Below, piece after piece: positions 49,781-59,644 of a stretch of 64,000 bases of DNA. Where the stretch lies: contig JBGATO010000010.1 of NCBI GenBank assembly GCA_044229145.1, forward strand, positions 10,022-74,021, given 5' to 3'. Both the position numbers and the translations under genes were made by a program. How positions within the stretch are numbered: position 1 is the stretch's first letter; each line of letters begins with the position of its first letter. A model generated the notes under the pieces. The model was not told the origin of the DNA. It did no database searches and was given only the letters and a program-made list of their open reading frames with translations. This DNA comes from Candidatus Eiseniibacteriota bacterium. Lineage in GTDB: Bacteria > Eisenbacteria > RBG-16-71-46 > CAZEPH01.

Positions 49781-50877
49781 GCGCGCCGGTCTCCGTTGCG
49801 ACGGTCGTGACCATCGCGCGGATCGCGCGACGCGTCACGAATCGTCTGCGTCAGGGCGGTTCCCCGCGGCAGCACCGAAAGCACGTGGCGCTGAGCGCCG
49901 AGCACCACGTGGAGCACCTGATTGAGCACCGGCCGCGGCGCGTGGATCACCATGCCGCCGTCGCCGCGCACGGCGTACGTGGCGCCGACGTTGGTCAGTA
50001 CGGCCTTGACGTGCGGCGGCACCGGTCCGCCCCCGGTGGTGACGATCTCCATCGCATCGTCATCGAGCCGCAGCACTTCCTCCGGCGACCCGGTGGCGAC
50101 CAAGCGGCCGCCCACCAGGAGACCGACGCGCGCGCAGAGGCTCTGCACGTCCGGCAGGATGTGACTCGAGAAGATGATCGACACACCATCGTCGGCGAGC
50201 TGCGCGATGACTTCGCGCACCTCGGCGCGGCCGAGCGGGTCGAGGCCGGACATCGGTTCGTCGAGCACCAGGAGCTTCGGCCGGTGCAGGATGGCGTGTG
50301 CGAGACCAACGCGTTGCGCGAGGCCCTTCGACAGGGCGCGGCAGTTCTTGCGCGCGTGCGCGGTGAGGCCGGTGCGCTCCATCGCGTCTGCGGCCGCACG
50401 GCGCGCGGCGGCGCCGGTGTAGCCACGCAGCTTGGCGCCGAACTCCAGCACCTCTGCAGGCGTCAACGTGTCGGGAAACGCCGGCACCTCGGGCAGGAAG
50501 CCGACGTGGGCACGGGCCTCGGGATCGCCGAGCGGCCGGCCGAGGAGTTCTCCGTCGCCGGCACTCGGCCGCACCAGGCCGAGCAGCAGTTTGAACAGCG
50601 TCGTCTTGCCGGCGCCGTTCGCGCCGAGCAGGCCGAACGTCTCGCGCGCCTCGACACGCAGGCTGACGTCGCGCAGCGCCTCGTGGCGGGTGCGCCAGAA
50701 ACCGGTGACGAAGGTCTTCGCGAGATGGGCCGTTTGCACGACCGGCGGCGCACTCGCCTGCGGCACCAACGTGAGGTGCGAGCGCGTGCGTCCGTGCGGC
50801 GAGGCGGCGGTCTCAGGCGTGGTGTCCATGTCGTCGTCGGAGGAAGGAAGAGCCGAAGCGGTGGCGACACGCATCAT
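49777..50877 (-). CDS. ABC transporter ATP-binding protein (PilH-like); start may be 50829
   Basis: GANGAGKTT, LSKGLAQR, LDEPMSGLDP, SSH. Confidence 0.9.
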   Translation of the reverse strand: MMRVATASALPSSDDDMDTTPETAASPHGRTRSHLTLVPQASAPPVVQTAHLAKTFVTGFWRTRHEALRDVSLRVEARETFGLLGANGAGKTTLFKLLLGLVRPSAGDGELLGRPLGDPEARAHVGFLPEVPAFPDTLTPAEVLEFGAKLRGYTGAAARRAAADAMERTGLTAHARKNCRALSKGLAQRVGLAHAILHRPKLLVLDEPMSGLDPLGRAEVREVIAQLADDGVSIIFSSHILPDVQSLCARVGLLVGGRLVATGSPEEVLRLDDDAMEIVTTGGGPVPPHVKAVLTNVGATYAVRGDGGMVIHAPRPVLNQVLHVVLGAQRHVLSVLPRGTALTQTIRDASRDPRDGHDRRNGDRRA

Positions 50878-50959
50878 GCAGTGACCCCGTTCCGAGGAAC
50901 GACGCGCGGACGATCGCCTCGTGCGATCGTCCGCCGCGCCGCAAGGTGGACAACTGTGC

Positions 50960-51367
50960 TTACTGGCCGTTGGTCAGCGAGACCGACAGCACCGCGGACT
51001 TCCCCATGCCGGTGATCGTGTACCCGGTGGAGTCCGGCGCGTTGTACCCGACGATGCCCTTGGTGGAGGCGGCGGTGCCGTCCATCCACGCCCCGCCCGA
51101 TCCGCTGCTGCCGTCGAACGGGTTCTTGAACGTCGTCGGCAACCCGCCCGCCACGGTGGACGCCGCGGTTGCGTACAGACCATCGTGCTGCACCGCGTAG
51201 TCTTCGGCGGCCAGCTGGAAGGTATGCATGTTTTCCTTGGTCGACCCTTCCTTCGCGCGATCCTGCATCGCCACGAAATTGGGGATGGCGATCGCCGCCA
51301 GAATTCCAATGATCAACACGACGATCATGAGCTCGATGAGCGTGAAGCCCTTGCGATGACCTCTCAC
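50960..51367 (-). CDS. pilA: Type IV major pilin, copy 2
   Basis: RBS GGAGGT plus GTG; RKG/FTLIELMIVVLIIGILAAIAIPNF. Confidence 0.93.
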   Translation of the reverse strand: MRGHRKGFTLIELMIVVLIIGILAAIAIPNFVAMQDRAKEGSTKENMHTFQLAAEDYAVQHDGLYATAASTVAGGLPTTFKNPFDGSSGSGGAWMDGTAASTKGIVGYNAPDSTGYTITGMGKSAVLSVSLTNGQ

Positions 51368-51426
51368 CTCGCACCTCCGATAGTTCCGACCGGGGATTCG
51401 CCTCCCGTTGCGCGCAGTGACGAAAG

Positions 51427-51441
51427 GCAATCCACATGCCA
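51427..51441 (-). promoter_or_regulatory. Sigma54 promoter of pilA copy 2
   Basis: TGGCATG-tgga-TTGC -24/-12 consensus. IHF-like TAACTCGCTGAGT at 51481-51493. Confidence 0.8.
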
Positions 51442-51610
51442 TCTCGCGGTATCGGCCGGCGGGCGGGAAAACTTGCGTGAACTCAGCGAGTTACGGCGCG
51501 GGCGCGGGCCGGGCGGAAACCCGGCGCCGGCGGAGGCTGCGTGCAGACTGCACGCGGGAGGGCAAATTGCATCCGGAGGCGGTCGAAAGCGGGCCGCTCC
51601 CATGCGAAGA

Positions 51611-51638
51611 CGCCGGGACCTCGCGAGAGGTCCCGGCG
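51611..51638 (-). terminator. Hairpin terminator after pilA copy 1
   Basis: CGCCGGGACCTC-4 nt-GAGGTCCCGGCG 12-bp stem followed by TCTTC, preceded by a second hairpin CATCGGC/GCCGATG. Confidence 0.7.
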
Positions 51639-51661
51639 CCTCATCGGCGGTCAGCCGATGG

Positions 51662-52075
51662 CTACGAGCCGTTCGTGAGCGAGAGCGACAGAGCCGCGGT
51701 CTTGCCCATGCCGGAGATCGTGTAGCCCGTCGAGTCCGGCGCGTTGTAGCCGACGATCCCGCGGACGGACGCGGCAGTCCCGTTCATCCAGGCACCGCCC
51801 GAACCACTGTCGCCGGTCCACGGGTTCTTGAACACGGTCGGCAGGCCGCCGGCCACCGAGGAGGCGGCGGTCGCGTACAGACCGTCGTGCTGCACCGCGT
51901 AGTCTTCCGCGGCGAGCTGGAAGGTGTGCATGTTCTCCTTCGTCGAGCCTTCCTTCGCGCGGTCCTGCATCGCCACGAAGTTGGGAATCGCGATCGCCGC
52001 CAGGATACCGATGATGAGCACCACGATCATGAGCTCGATGAGCGTGAATCCCTTCCGACTGTCACGACGCTTCAT
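51662..52075 (-). CDS. pilA: Type IV major pilin, copy 1
   Basis: RBS GGAGGT; MKRRDSRKG/FTLIELMIVVLIIGILAAIAIPNF. Confidence 0.95.
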   Translation of the reverse strand: MKRRDSRKGFTLIELMIVVLIIGILAAIAIPNFVAMQDRAKEGSTKENMHTFQLAAEDYAVQHDGLYATAASSVAGGLPTVFKNPWTGDSGSGGAWMNGTAASVRGIVGYNAPDSTGYTISGMGKTAALSLSLTNGS

Positions 52076-52152
52076 AGTGCACCTCCGAATGTTGCCTCTC
52101 TCTCACTGCGATACGGTGGGGCCTGCGGTCTCAGCGGCCACCGGGGAAAGGG

Positions 52153-52167
52153 GCAACCGTCGTGCCA
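52153..52167 (-). promoter_or_regulatory. Sigma54 promoter of pilA copy 1
   Basis: TGGCACG-acgg-TTGC. IHF-like TAAGTGTTAGCAT at 52195-52207. Downstream of pilR. Confidence 0.85.
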
Positions 52168-52254
52168 GTCGCGGCGAATGTTGTATCTTCTTGTATGCTA
52201 ACACTTAGCCGCGCGCGACCCACCGCGCACCAGCGCCGCGCCGGGGGAAATGCA

Positions 52255-52287
52255 CGAGGGCGCGATGCGGATTGCATCGCGCCCTCG
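52255..52287 (-). terminator. 14-bp inverted repeat after pilR (terminator and/or activator site)
   Basis: CGAGGGCGCGATGC-ggatt-GCATCGCGCCCTCG. Confidence 0.6.
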
Positions 52288-52311
52288 CGTCGTCCGGCGT
52301 TGCCGCGTGAC

Positions 52312-53736
52312 TCAGGCGGCCTGCTGCATGTCGTCGATGTGCTGTCCGTCCGGCCCGTGGAGCATGCCGTAAGACACCAGCTTGCGGTAGAGCGTCGAGG
52401 CGTTGATGCCGAGGATTTCGCTCGCCCGCTTCTTCTGCCAGTTGGTCGCGCGCAGCACGCGCAGGATGTAGTGACGTTCGAGGTCCTCGAGCGACATCGT
52501 CGGCGACTCGCTGAACACCGCTTCCACCGGCGCCACGCTGCCGCCGCCGAGCAGGCTCTCGGGCAGGTCCTCGGTGCCGACGCAGCCGTCCTCGTCGAGG
52601 ATCACCGCGCGCTGGATCATGTTCTCGAGCTCGCGCACGTTGCCCTTCCACTCGTGCCGCACCAGCAGCTCCAGGGCGTCGCGGGCGATCGACTTCGGTT
52701 CTTGATCCGCGGCGAACTTCTTGAGGAAGTGATCGACCAGGAGCGGGATGTCCTCGCGGCGCTCGCGCAGCGCCGGCATGCGCAGCGGAATCACGTTGAG
52801 CCGGTAATAGAGGTCTTCGCGGAAGTTGCCCGCGGCCACTTCCTTTTCGAGGTTGCGGTTGGTCGCGGCGATCAAGCGGATGTTGATCTTCACTTCCTTC
52901 TGGCCGCCGATCGGGATGATCACGCGCTCGTTGATGGCACGGAGCAGCTTGACCTGCGTCGCCGGCAGCATCTCGCCGACCTCGTCGAGGAAGAAGGTGC
53001 CGCCCTCGGCGAGCGTCATGAGGCCGGGCTGGTCGGTAACCGCGCCGGTGAACGATCCCTTCTTGTGTCCGAACAAGCTCGACTCGAGGAGGTCCTTCGG
53101 CAGCGCGCCGCAGTTGATCGACACCAGCGGACCTTCGGCACGCCGCGACTGGTAGTGGATCTCGCGCGCGATGAGTTCCTTCCCGGTGCCGTTCTCGCCG
53201 GTGATCAGGATCGTGCTGTCGGTCTCGGCGACCTTCCCCACCAAGCGATGCACGCGCTCCATGGCCTCGCTGGTGCCGATGATGTCTTTCGCGTTGTGCG
53301 ACTTCTTGAGCTGCCGCTTGAGGTAGCGGTTCTCGCGCTGCACCTTCTTCATCAGGAGCGCGTTGCGCACCACCAGGCGGACTTCGTCGTTGTGCGCGCC
53401 CTTCTCGACGTACTGGTACGCGCCCTTGTTGAGCGCGTCGATCGCCGTCTGCTGCGAGGCGTAGGCGGTCATGATGACGACCGGGATGGTCGAGTCGATG
53501 CGCTTGATCTCCTCGAGCACCTCGATGCCGTCCATGCCCGGCATCTTGATGTCGGTGATCACCGCGTCGATGGTTTGCTCGCGCGCCAACTCGAGGGCGC
53601 GTCGCCCTGAATTCGCGGTCAGCACCTCGTGCCCGTCCTTGGTCAACAGGATCGAGAAGAACTGCAGCATGCTCGCGTCGTCGTCGACGACGAGAATGCG
53701 TCCGGTGGTCTCGCGGTCCTGTGCGTCGGTTGCCAT
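52312..53736 (-). CDS. pilR: Sigma54-dependent response regulator PilR (NtrC family)
   Basis: REC (VVDDD, DIKMP), GENGTGKE, GSFTGA variant of GAFTGA, FLDEVGE, WKGNVRELEN, Fis-type HTH. Confidence 0.93.
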   Translation of the reverse strand: MATDAQDRETTGRILVVDDDASMLQFFSILLTKDGHEVLTANSGRRALELAREQTIDAVITDIKMPGMDGIEVLEEIKRIDSTIPVVIMTAYASQQTAIDALNKGAYQYVEKGAHNDEVRLVVRNALLMKKVQRENRYLKRQLKKSHNAKDIIGTSEAMERVHRLVGKVAETDSTILITGENGTGKELIAREIHYQSRRAEGPLVSINCGALPKDLLESSLFGHKKGSFTGAVTDQPGLMTLAEGGTFFLDEVGEMLPATQVKLLRAINERVIIPIGGQKEVKINIRLIAATNRNLEKEVAAGNFREDLYYRLNVIPLRMPALRERREDIPLLVDHFLKKFAADQEPKSIARDALELLVRHEWKGNVRELENMIQRAVILDEDGCVGTEDLPESLLGGGSVAPVEAVFSESPTMSLEDLERHYILRVLRATNWQKKRASEILGINASTLYRKLVSYGMLHGPDGQHIDDMQQAA

Positions 53737-53739
53737 TGC

Positions 53740-55398
53740 TTACGCCACCCTTTCCTGTGCGGTCTCCAGTGCGGCGGGGAGGGCGACGCTCACCGTCGTT
53801 CCCACGCCTGGCGTACTGTCCATCGATACCGTAGCGCCGATGCGCTCGCAGAGGCGTGCGGCGATCGGCAATCCGAGTCCTGTCCCGGCGTTCTTCGTGG
53901 TGAAGAACGGCTCGAAGACGCGCGCGAGCGTGTCGGCGTCCATGCCGGGGCCGTCGTCGCGCAGCCAGATCGTGACCTGCGCATCGTCGCGCGTGCAGCC
54001 GAAGGCAAGCGTGCCGCCTTCGGGCATCGCCTCGAGCGCGTTCACCGCGAGGTTGAGCAGGATCTGGCGCAGCGCGTCCGCTTCGCCGATCGCCCAGGCA
54101 TCGCCGGCGCCGGGCGCGCGCGCCAACAGGTGGTGCGGGCCGCACGCAGCGTGACGCCGGATTTCCTGCTCGAAATCGGCCAGCACGTCGGCGACCTCGA
54201 GCGGCGCGACGCGGATGGTGCGTTCGCGGCCGAACGACAGCAGATCGCGGATGAACGCGCTCAGGCGGTCGCACTCGGTCACGATGAGATCCATCAGTGC
54301 GGCGTTGGAATCGTCGGGCCCGACGCTCTGGCGCAGCACCTCGACGCTGCCGCGCAGCGGGACCAGCGTGTTGCGGATTTCGTGCGTCACACCGGCCGTC
54401 ATCTCGCCGATGACCGCCAGCGTTTCCCGCCGGCGCTGTTCCTCGAGCTGCTGCCGCGCACGCGTGAGATCCTGGAAGATCGCCACCACACCGGGACGGC
54501 GGGCATCGGCCGCCGCGATCACCGAGGTGCTGAAGCCGACCGGCTTCGGCGCATCTCCGCACACGATGTCGACCTCTTGCCGCGTGCCGCCGTGGCCTTC
54601 CTCGAAGGCGCGCGTCAGGCACGCGGCGAACGGCGACAGACCGCCCGCCAGCACGTCGCGGTAGTCGCGCCCGCGCACCGCGGCCGCCTCGGGCAGACCG
54701 AGGATGGTCGTCGCGGCATGGTTGATGTGCCGCACGGTACCGTCCCCGGCCACCATCAGCAGGCCGCTCGACACCGATTCCAGCATCGCGTCGGCTTCCC
54801 GCCACGCGGCACGCAGTTGGTGCTGTGCGTCCTCCAGTTCACGTGCACGTGCGGCGCGGGCCTGCTGGAAGCGGCTCGCGAACACGCCGACCAAGAGGAA
54901 CACGCCGGCCTCGAGCACCAGGAGCACGAGCACGGCGGCCGTGCTCGGCGACGCACCGCCCACCGACGCAGCCCCCGACTGCAACGCCGCGAAGCCGCCT
55001 ACCACGAGGCCCGCCGCACTTCCCACCACGATGCCCGCCCGCGGACTCTCCGACAGGCCCGCCTCGAGCACCGGCAGGGCGAGCAGGACCGCGCAGGGCG
55101 ACCACATGCCGCCGGTCATCGACGACGCCACCGCCACGAGCGTGAGGTCGGCGAGCGCCAGCCCCGTCACCCGCCATCCTAGCGAGAGGCGCCCGCGCGT
55201 CAGCCCCAGCGTCACCGCGAGCGCCGCGGCAACCATCAGAGCCGCCACGCCCGGTGCCGACGCGCGCACTCCGCTGGCGGCGCCGGCCAGCCAGGCCAGG
55301 GCCACCACGAACAGCGCCAGCAGCACGCGGAAGGCGTGCACTTCGTGCCGCCCTCCAGTGGCCAGTCCGCGCGGCATCGTGCTGCGCTCGGGCATCAC
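53740..55398 (-). CDS. pilS: Sensor histidine kinase PilS
   Basis: About 6 TMs, PAS, THEIRN H-box, NLAVNA, DDGPG, FEPFFTTK, GTGLGL. Confidence 0.9.
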   Translation of the reverse strand: MMPERSTMPRGLATGGRHEVHAFRVLLALFVVALAWLAGAASGVRASAPGVAALMVAAALAVTLGLTRGRLSLGWRVTGLALADLTLVAVASSMTGGMWSPCAVLLALPVLEAGLSESPRAGIVVGSAAGLVVGGFAALQSGAASVGGASPSTAAVLVLLVLEAGVFLLVGVFASRFQQARAARARELEDAQHQLRAAWREADAMLESVSSGLLMVAGDGTVRHINHAATTILGLPEAAAVRGRDYRDVLAGGLSPFAACLTRAFEEGHGGTRQEVDIVCGDAPKPVGFSTSVIAAADARRPGVVAIFQDLTRARQQLEEQRRRETLAVIGEMTAGVTHEIRNTLVPLRGSVEVLRQSVGPDDSNAALMDLIVTECDRLSAFIRDLLSFGRERTIRVAPLEVADVLADFEQEIRRHAACGPHHLLARAPGAGDAWAIGEADALRQILLNLAVNALEAMPEGGTLAFGCTRDDAQVTIWLRDDGPGMDADTLARVFEPFFTTKNAGTGLGLPIAARLCERIGATVSMDSTPGVGTTVSVALPAALETAQERVA

Positions 55399-56616
55399 CT
55401 ATTCGCCCTTCCCCATGATCACGGTCACCAGCTTGAACATCGGCAGGTACATCGCCACCAGCATGCCTCCCACCAGAACGCCCATCACGACGATCATCAC
55501 CGGTTCGATGATCGAGGCGAGGGCCGCGACCGCGGCGTTGACCTCGTCCTCGTAGAAGTCGGCGATCTTGCCGAGCATCTCGTCGAGCTGTCCGGTCTCT
55601 TCCCCGACGGAGATCATCTGCGTCACCATCGGCGGCAGCACTTTGGTTTCGCGCAGCGGCGCCGCGATGGTCTCGCCGCCGCGGATCGACACGCGGGCGG
55701 TGTCGAGGGCGTCCTCGAGCACCGCGTTCCCGGCGGTCCGGGCGGTGATCTCCAACCCATTGAGAATCGGCACGCCACTGCTCAGAAGTGTGCCCAGCGT
55801 GCGTGTGAAGCGCGCGATCGAGGCTTTTTGCACGACGGTTCCGAGAACCGGCACGCGCAACACCACGCGATCGAACCAGGCCTTGCCCCGCTTGGTGGCG
55901 GTGAAGCGCTTGAAGGCGGCGAATCCCCCGACCCCGGCCGCCACGAACACCCACCAGAAGTGGCGCAGGGCGTTGGACATCCACAGCACGACGCGGGTCG
56001 GCAACGGCAGCTGACCGCCGAAGTCGGCGAAGATGTTGGCGAAGGTCGGGATGACGAAGATCAGCATGCCGCTGGTGCAGCCGACGGCCGCCACGAGGAC
56101 CACGGTCGGATACATGAGGGCGCCCTTGACGCGGCGCTGGAGTTCTTCGGTCTTCTCGAGATACACCGCCAGGCGCTGCAGGATGATGTCGAGCAGACCG
56201 CCGGCTTCACCCGCGGCGATCATGTTGACGTACAGATCGCTGAACGCTTTGGGGTGCTTGCGCATCGCCTCGGACAGCGTGGCGCCGGCCTCCACTTCGC
56301 GCATGGTGTCCTGCACCACGCCGCCGAAGTTCTTGCTCTCGGCCTGCCGTCCCAGGATGTCGAGGCACGAGACCAGCGGCAGACCGGCGTTGATCATGGT
56401 CGCGAACTGGCGCGTGAAGACGACGAGGTCGTGCGTCTTGACGCCGCCGCCACCCGGCAGCGTGAGGGTGATCGCCTTCGGCTTCGGCCGCACCGAGGCC
56501 ACGATGATGCGCAGCCGGCGCAACTCCTTCAGCGCATCCGCCTGATTGTCGGCTTCGAGTTCCCCGGCACGCCGTTCGCCCGCGAGCGTCCGGCCAGCCC
56601 ATACGTAAGTCGCCAT
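55399..56616 (-). CDS. pilC: Type IV pilus platform protein PilC
   Basis: FTRQFATMINAGLPL, AGEAGG, ALMYP, RFTRTLGTLLSSGVP, VGEETG, IEP, MYLPMF. Confidence 0.96.
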   Translation of the reverse strand: MATYVWAGRTLAGERRAGELEADNQADALKELRRLRIIVASVRPKPKAITLTLPGGGGVKTHDLVVFTRQFATMINAGLPLVSCLDILGRQAESKNFGGVVQDTMREVEAGATLSEAMRKHPKAFSDLYVNMIAAGEAGGLLDIILQRLAVYLEKTEELQRRVKGALMYPTVVLVAAVGCTSGMLIFVIPTFANIFADFGGQLPLPTRVVLWMSNALRHFWWVFVAAGVGGFAAFKRFTATKRGKAWFDRVVLRVPVLGTVVQKASIARFTRTLGTLLSSGVPILNGLEITARTAGNAVLEDALDTARVSIRGGETIAAPLRETKVLPPMVTQMISVGEETGQLDEMLGKIADFYEDEVNAAVAALASIIEPVMIVVMGVLVGGMLVAMYLPMFKLVTVIMGKGE

Positions 56617-56651
56617 GCTGTTCCGCTATCTCCCGCCCGCGTCGCTGGGGA

Positions 56652-57764
56652 TCACGACGCACGCCGCAACGAGTGGGTGTCCCTCGAGGCGCCCCCGTTG
56701 GGACCGCCCTTCTCGAGCATGAATTCCAGTTCCTTGACGTCGGAGCTGTGCTCGAGCATGTCGTTCAGACTGATCTGGCCCTGTGAGTACGCGGCGAAGA
56801 GAGCCATGTTCATCGTCTGCATGCCGTAGCGCTGGCCGGCCTGCATGAGCGAGTAGATCTGGTGGGTCTTGTGCTCGCGGATGACCGCGCGGATGGCCGG
56901 CGTGCAGATCATCACCTCGGCGATGAGCTGGCGGCCGCTGCCGCTCGCCTTGCGCAGCAGCTGCTGCGTGATGACGCCCTCGAGCGTGAACGCCAGCTGC
57001 GCCAGGATCTGGTTCTGCTGGTGCGGCGGAAACACGTCGACGATACGATTCACCGCTTCCGGCGCCGAGTTGGTGTGCAGGGTCGCGAACACCAGGTGGC
57101 CAGTTTCGGCAAGGGTCAGCGCGGCGCTGATGGTCTCGAGGTCACGCATTTCCCCGACCAGAATCACGTCGGGGTCCTGCCGCAGCACGTACTTGAGCGC
57201 GTTGGTGAACGAGTTGGTGTCCGCATGCACTTCGCGCTGATTGACGATCGACTGCTTGTGCGCGTGCACGAACTCGATCGGGTCCTCGATGGTCACGATG
57301 TGACAGCGGCGCTCGCGGTTGATGATGTCGATGAGGGTGGCGAGCGAGGTCGACTTGCCCGAGCCGGTGGCGCCGGTGAACAGCACCAGGCCCTTGTGCT
57401 TCATGGTGAACTCGCGCACCACCTTCGGGAGGCCGAGCTTCTCGTACGGCACCACCTCGAAGGGAATCTTGCGGATCGCCATACCCACCGAGCCGCGCTG
57501 CCAGTAGATGTTGCCCCGGAAGCGGCTGAGGCCCTGGATGCCGAACGACAGGTCGAGTTCGCGTTCTTCCTCGAAGCGCTTGCGCAAGTCATCGCTGAGC
57601 AGCGAGTACGCCAACGCCTGCGTCATGTCGAACGTGAGGGGCGCGCTGTTGGCCGACACCATCTCGCCGTCGACGCGATACTGCGGCGGCACGCCGACCG
57701 TCAGGTGCAGGTCGGATGCGTTGAGCGTCACCATCTCCTCGAGCAGTTCGCGCAGGGTCACCAT
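56652..57764 (-). CDS. pilT: Type IV pilus retraction ATPase
   Basis: GATGSGKST, TIEDPIE, LRQDPDVILVGEMRD, ETGHLVFATLH, AIRA (AIRNLIRE-like), GMQT. Confidence 0.96.
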   Translation of the reverse strand: MVTLRELLEEMVTLNASDLHLTVGVPPQYRVDGEMVSANSAPLTFDMTQALAYSLLSDDLRKRFEEERELDLSFGIQGLSRFRGNIYWQRGSVGMAIRKIPFEVVPYEKLGLPKVVREFTMKHKGLVLFTGATGSGKSTSLATLIDIINRERRCHIVTIEDPIEFVHAHKQSIVNQREVHADTNSFTNALKYVLRQDPDVILVGEMRDLETISAALTLAETGHLVFATLHTNSAPEAVNRIVDVFPPHQQNQILAQLAFTLEGVITQQLLRKASGSGRQLIAEVMICTPAIRAVIREHKTHQIYSLMQAGQRYGMQTMNMALFAAYSQGQISLNDMLEHSSDVKELEFMLEKGGPNGGASRDTHSLRRAS

Positions 57765-57813
57765 CGTCGTCTCGATCCATCCGGGGTGTGGAGCATGCGG
57801 GATGGCCGCCGGC

Positions 57814-59508
57814 TCACTCGTAGCTGGCGGTTTCCTTCAGGAGTTCTTCGGCCGTCGTGAGGCCGGCCTTGAGCTTGAGCAGTCCGTCGGCGCGCAGGGT
57901 GATCATTCCGTCCACCACGGCCTGCTTGCGGATGTGCGCCACCGAGCGGCGCTCCAGGATGAGCTCACGCATGGCGGGGGTGTTCGCCAGGACCTCGAAA
58001 AGCCCGACGCGTCCCTTGAAACCGCTGCCGTTACACGTCGTACAGCCGCGCCCGCGGTACGCGGTCACCTCCTCCCCCGGCTCGGCCCCGAGCTGGGCCA
58101 ACAGGCCGGGATCGAGCTGGACGGGCTCCTTGCACGCGGCGCAGACCCGGCGCACCAGCCGCTGCGCCACCACCACGTTGAGAGAGCTGGCGACCAAGAA
58201 CGGCTCGATGCCCATGTCCATGAGTCGCGTCACCGTGGAGGGGGCATCGTTGGTGTGCAGGGTGGACAGCAAGAGGTGGCCGGTGAGCGCCGCCTTGGTG
58301 GCGATCGAGCCGGTCTCGTGGTCGCGGATCTCGCCGATCATCACGATGTTGGGGTCTTGGCGCAGGAACGACCGGAGCGCCGCCGCGAAGGTAAGCCCGA
58401 CCTCTTCGTTGATATTCACCTGGTTGATGCCGTCGAGGTTGTACTCGACCGGATCCTCGGCCGTCATGATGTTGACGTCGGGCTGATTGAGCAGCGTGAG
58501 CGCCGAGTAGAGCGTGGTGGTCTTGCCCGATCCGGTGGGCCCGGTGACCAGGACCATGCCGTATGGCTGGCGAATCCCGTGCATGAAGTTGTCGAGCGCC
58601 CCTTGCTGGAACCCGGCGCGCGTGAGGTCGACGGTGAGGTTCGAGCGATCGAGGATACGCATCACCAGCTTCTCGCCATACACCGTCGGCAAGGTCGCGA
58701 TACGCACGTCGATCGACTTCTTGCCGACCTTGATCTTGATGCGCCCGTCCTGCGGCAGGCGGCGCTCGGCGATGTCGAGGCTCGCCATGACCTTGAGACG
58801 CGAGACGATCGCCGCGCGCAGCTTGAGCGGCGGCGACATGACTTCCAGCAGCTGGCCATCGATGCGGAACCGTACGCGACACCGTTTCTCGTACGGCTCG
58901 ATGTGGATGTCGCTGGCGCCCCGGCGCACCGCCGCGAGGAAGATCTGGTTCACCAGGCGGACGATCGGCGCTTCGTTGGCGGCCGACGCGTCGACGGCTT
59001 CCGGTTCTTCGGTCTGCTGCTCGATGGCGTCGACGTCGATGTCGTCCTCGACGTCCATGAGCAGATCTTCGGTCTCCGGGTGGATGACGTCGTACTTGCG
59101 ATCGATCAAGTCGCGAATCGCGCTCTCCGGCGCGAGCACCGGTTCGACTTCCAACCCGGTGATGAACGAAATGTCCTGCATCGCGACGAGATTGTGCGGC
59201 GACGTCAGCGCCACCACCAACTTGCGGCCGCGGCGTGCCAGGGGCAGCGCGCAGTGCCGTGTGGCGACCTCGGAGGAAATGCTGAGCACGGCATCGTCCT
59301 CGATCGGATAGGTCACGAGGTCGACGGCCGGAATGTTGTACGCCCGCGACGTGGCCTGGACGAGATCGACCTCAGGAACGAGCTTGAGGCGGATCAGCGC
59401 CTGACCGAGCGAGCAGCCGGAGTCTTTCTGGATACGGAGCGCCTGCCGAAGCTGATCGGGCGTGATCATGCCCGCTTCGACGAGACGGGTTCCGAGTGAG
59501 TCCTGCAC
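57814..59508 (-). CDS. pilB: Type IV pilus extension ATPase
   Basis: LGTRLVEAG MshEN-like N-terminus, DIAERRLPQDG, GPTGSGKTTT, LRQDP, GHLLLSTLH, Cys4 motif, GRVGLFE. Confidence 0.96.
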   Translation of the reverse strand: MQDSLGTRLVEAGMITPDQLRQALRIQKDSGCSLGQALIRLKLVPEVDLVQATSRAYNIPAVDLVTYPIEDDAVLSISSEVATRHCALPLARRGRKLVVALTSPHNLVAMQDISFITGLEVEPVLAPESAIRDLIDRKYDVIHPETEDLLMDVEDDIDVDAIEQQTEEPEAVDASAANEAPIVRLVNQIFLAAVRRGASDIHIEPYEKRCRVRFRIDGQLLEVMSPPLKLRAAIVSRLKVMASLDIAERRLPQDGRIKIKVGKKSIDVRIATLPTVYGEKLVMRILDRSNLTVDLTRAGFQQGALDNFMHGIRQPYGMVLVTGPTGSGKTTTLYSALTLLNQPDVNIMTAEDPVEYNLDGINQVNINEEVGLTFAAALRSFLRQDPNIVMIGEIRDHETGSIATKAALTGHLLLSTLHTNDAPSTVTRLMDMGIEPFLVASSLNVVVAQRLVRRVCAACKEPVQLDPGLLAQLGAEPGEEVTAYRGRGCTTCNGSGFKGRVGLFEVLANTPAMRELILERRSVAHIRKQAVVDGMITLRADGLLKLKAGLTTAEELLKETASYE

Positions 59509-59644
59509 TCCTCCTCCGGGGCGATCCAGCATGGGTGTCGTGGGCGCGAGGACGCGGGGCACGTCGTGCTGAGGGCCGCGAGCGTCCGGCTCGCCGGCTG
59601 GGGCTTTGGGTACGCCCTGGTATCGGCGTGGCGCCACGCGCCAT

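Noticed and set aside
50960-52075. Pilins as conductive e-pilins
   Set aside because: The mature pilins are about 128 aa with F1, F24 and Y50 but M27 and K32 rather than aromatics. F/Y/W content is only about 8%.
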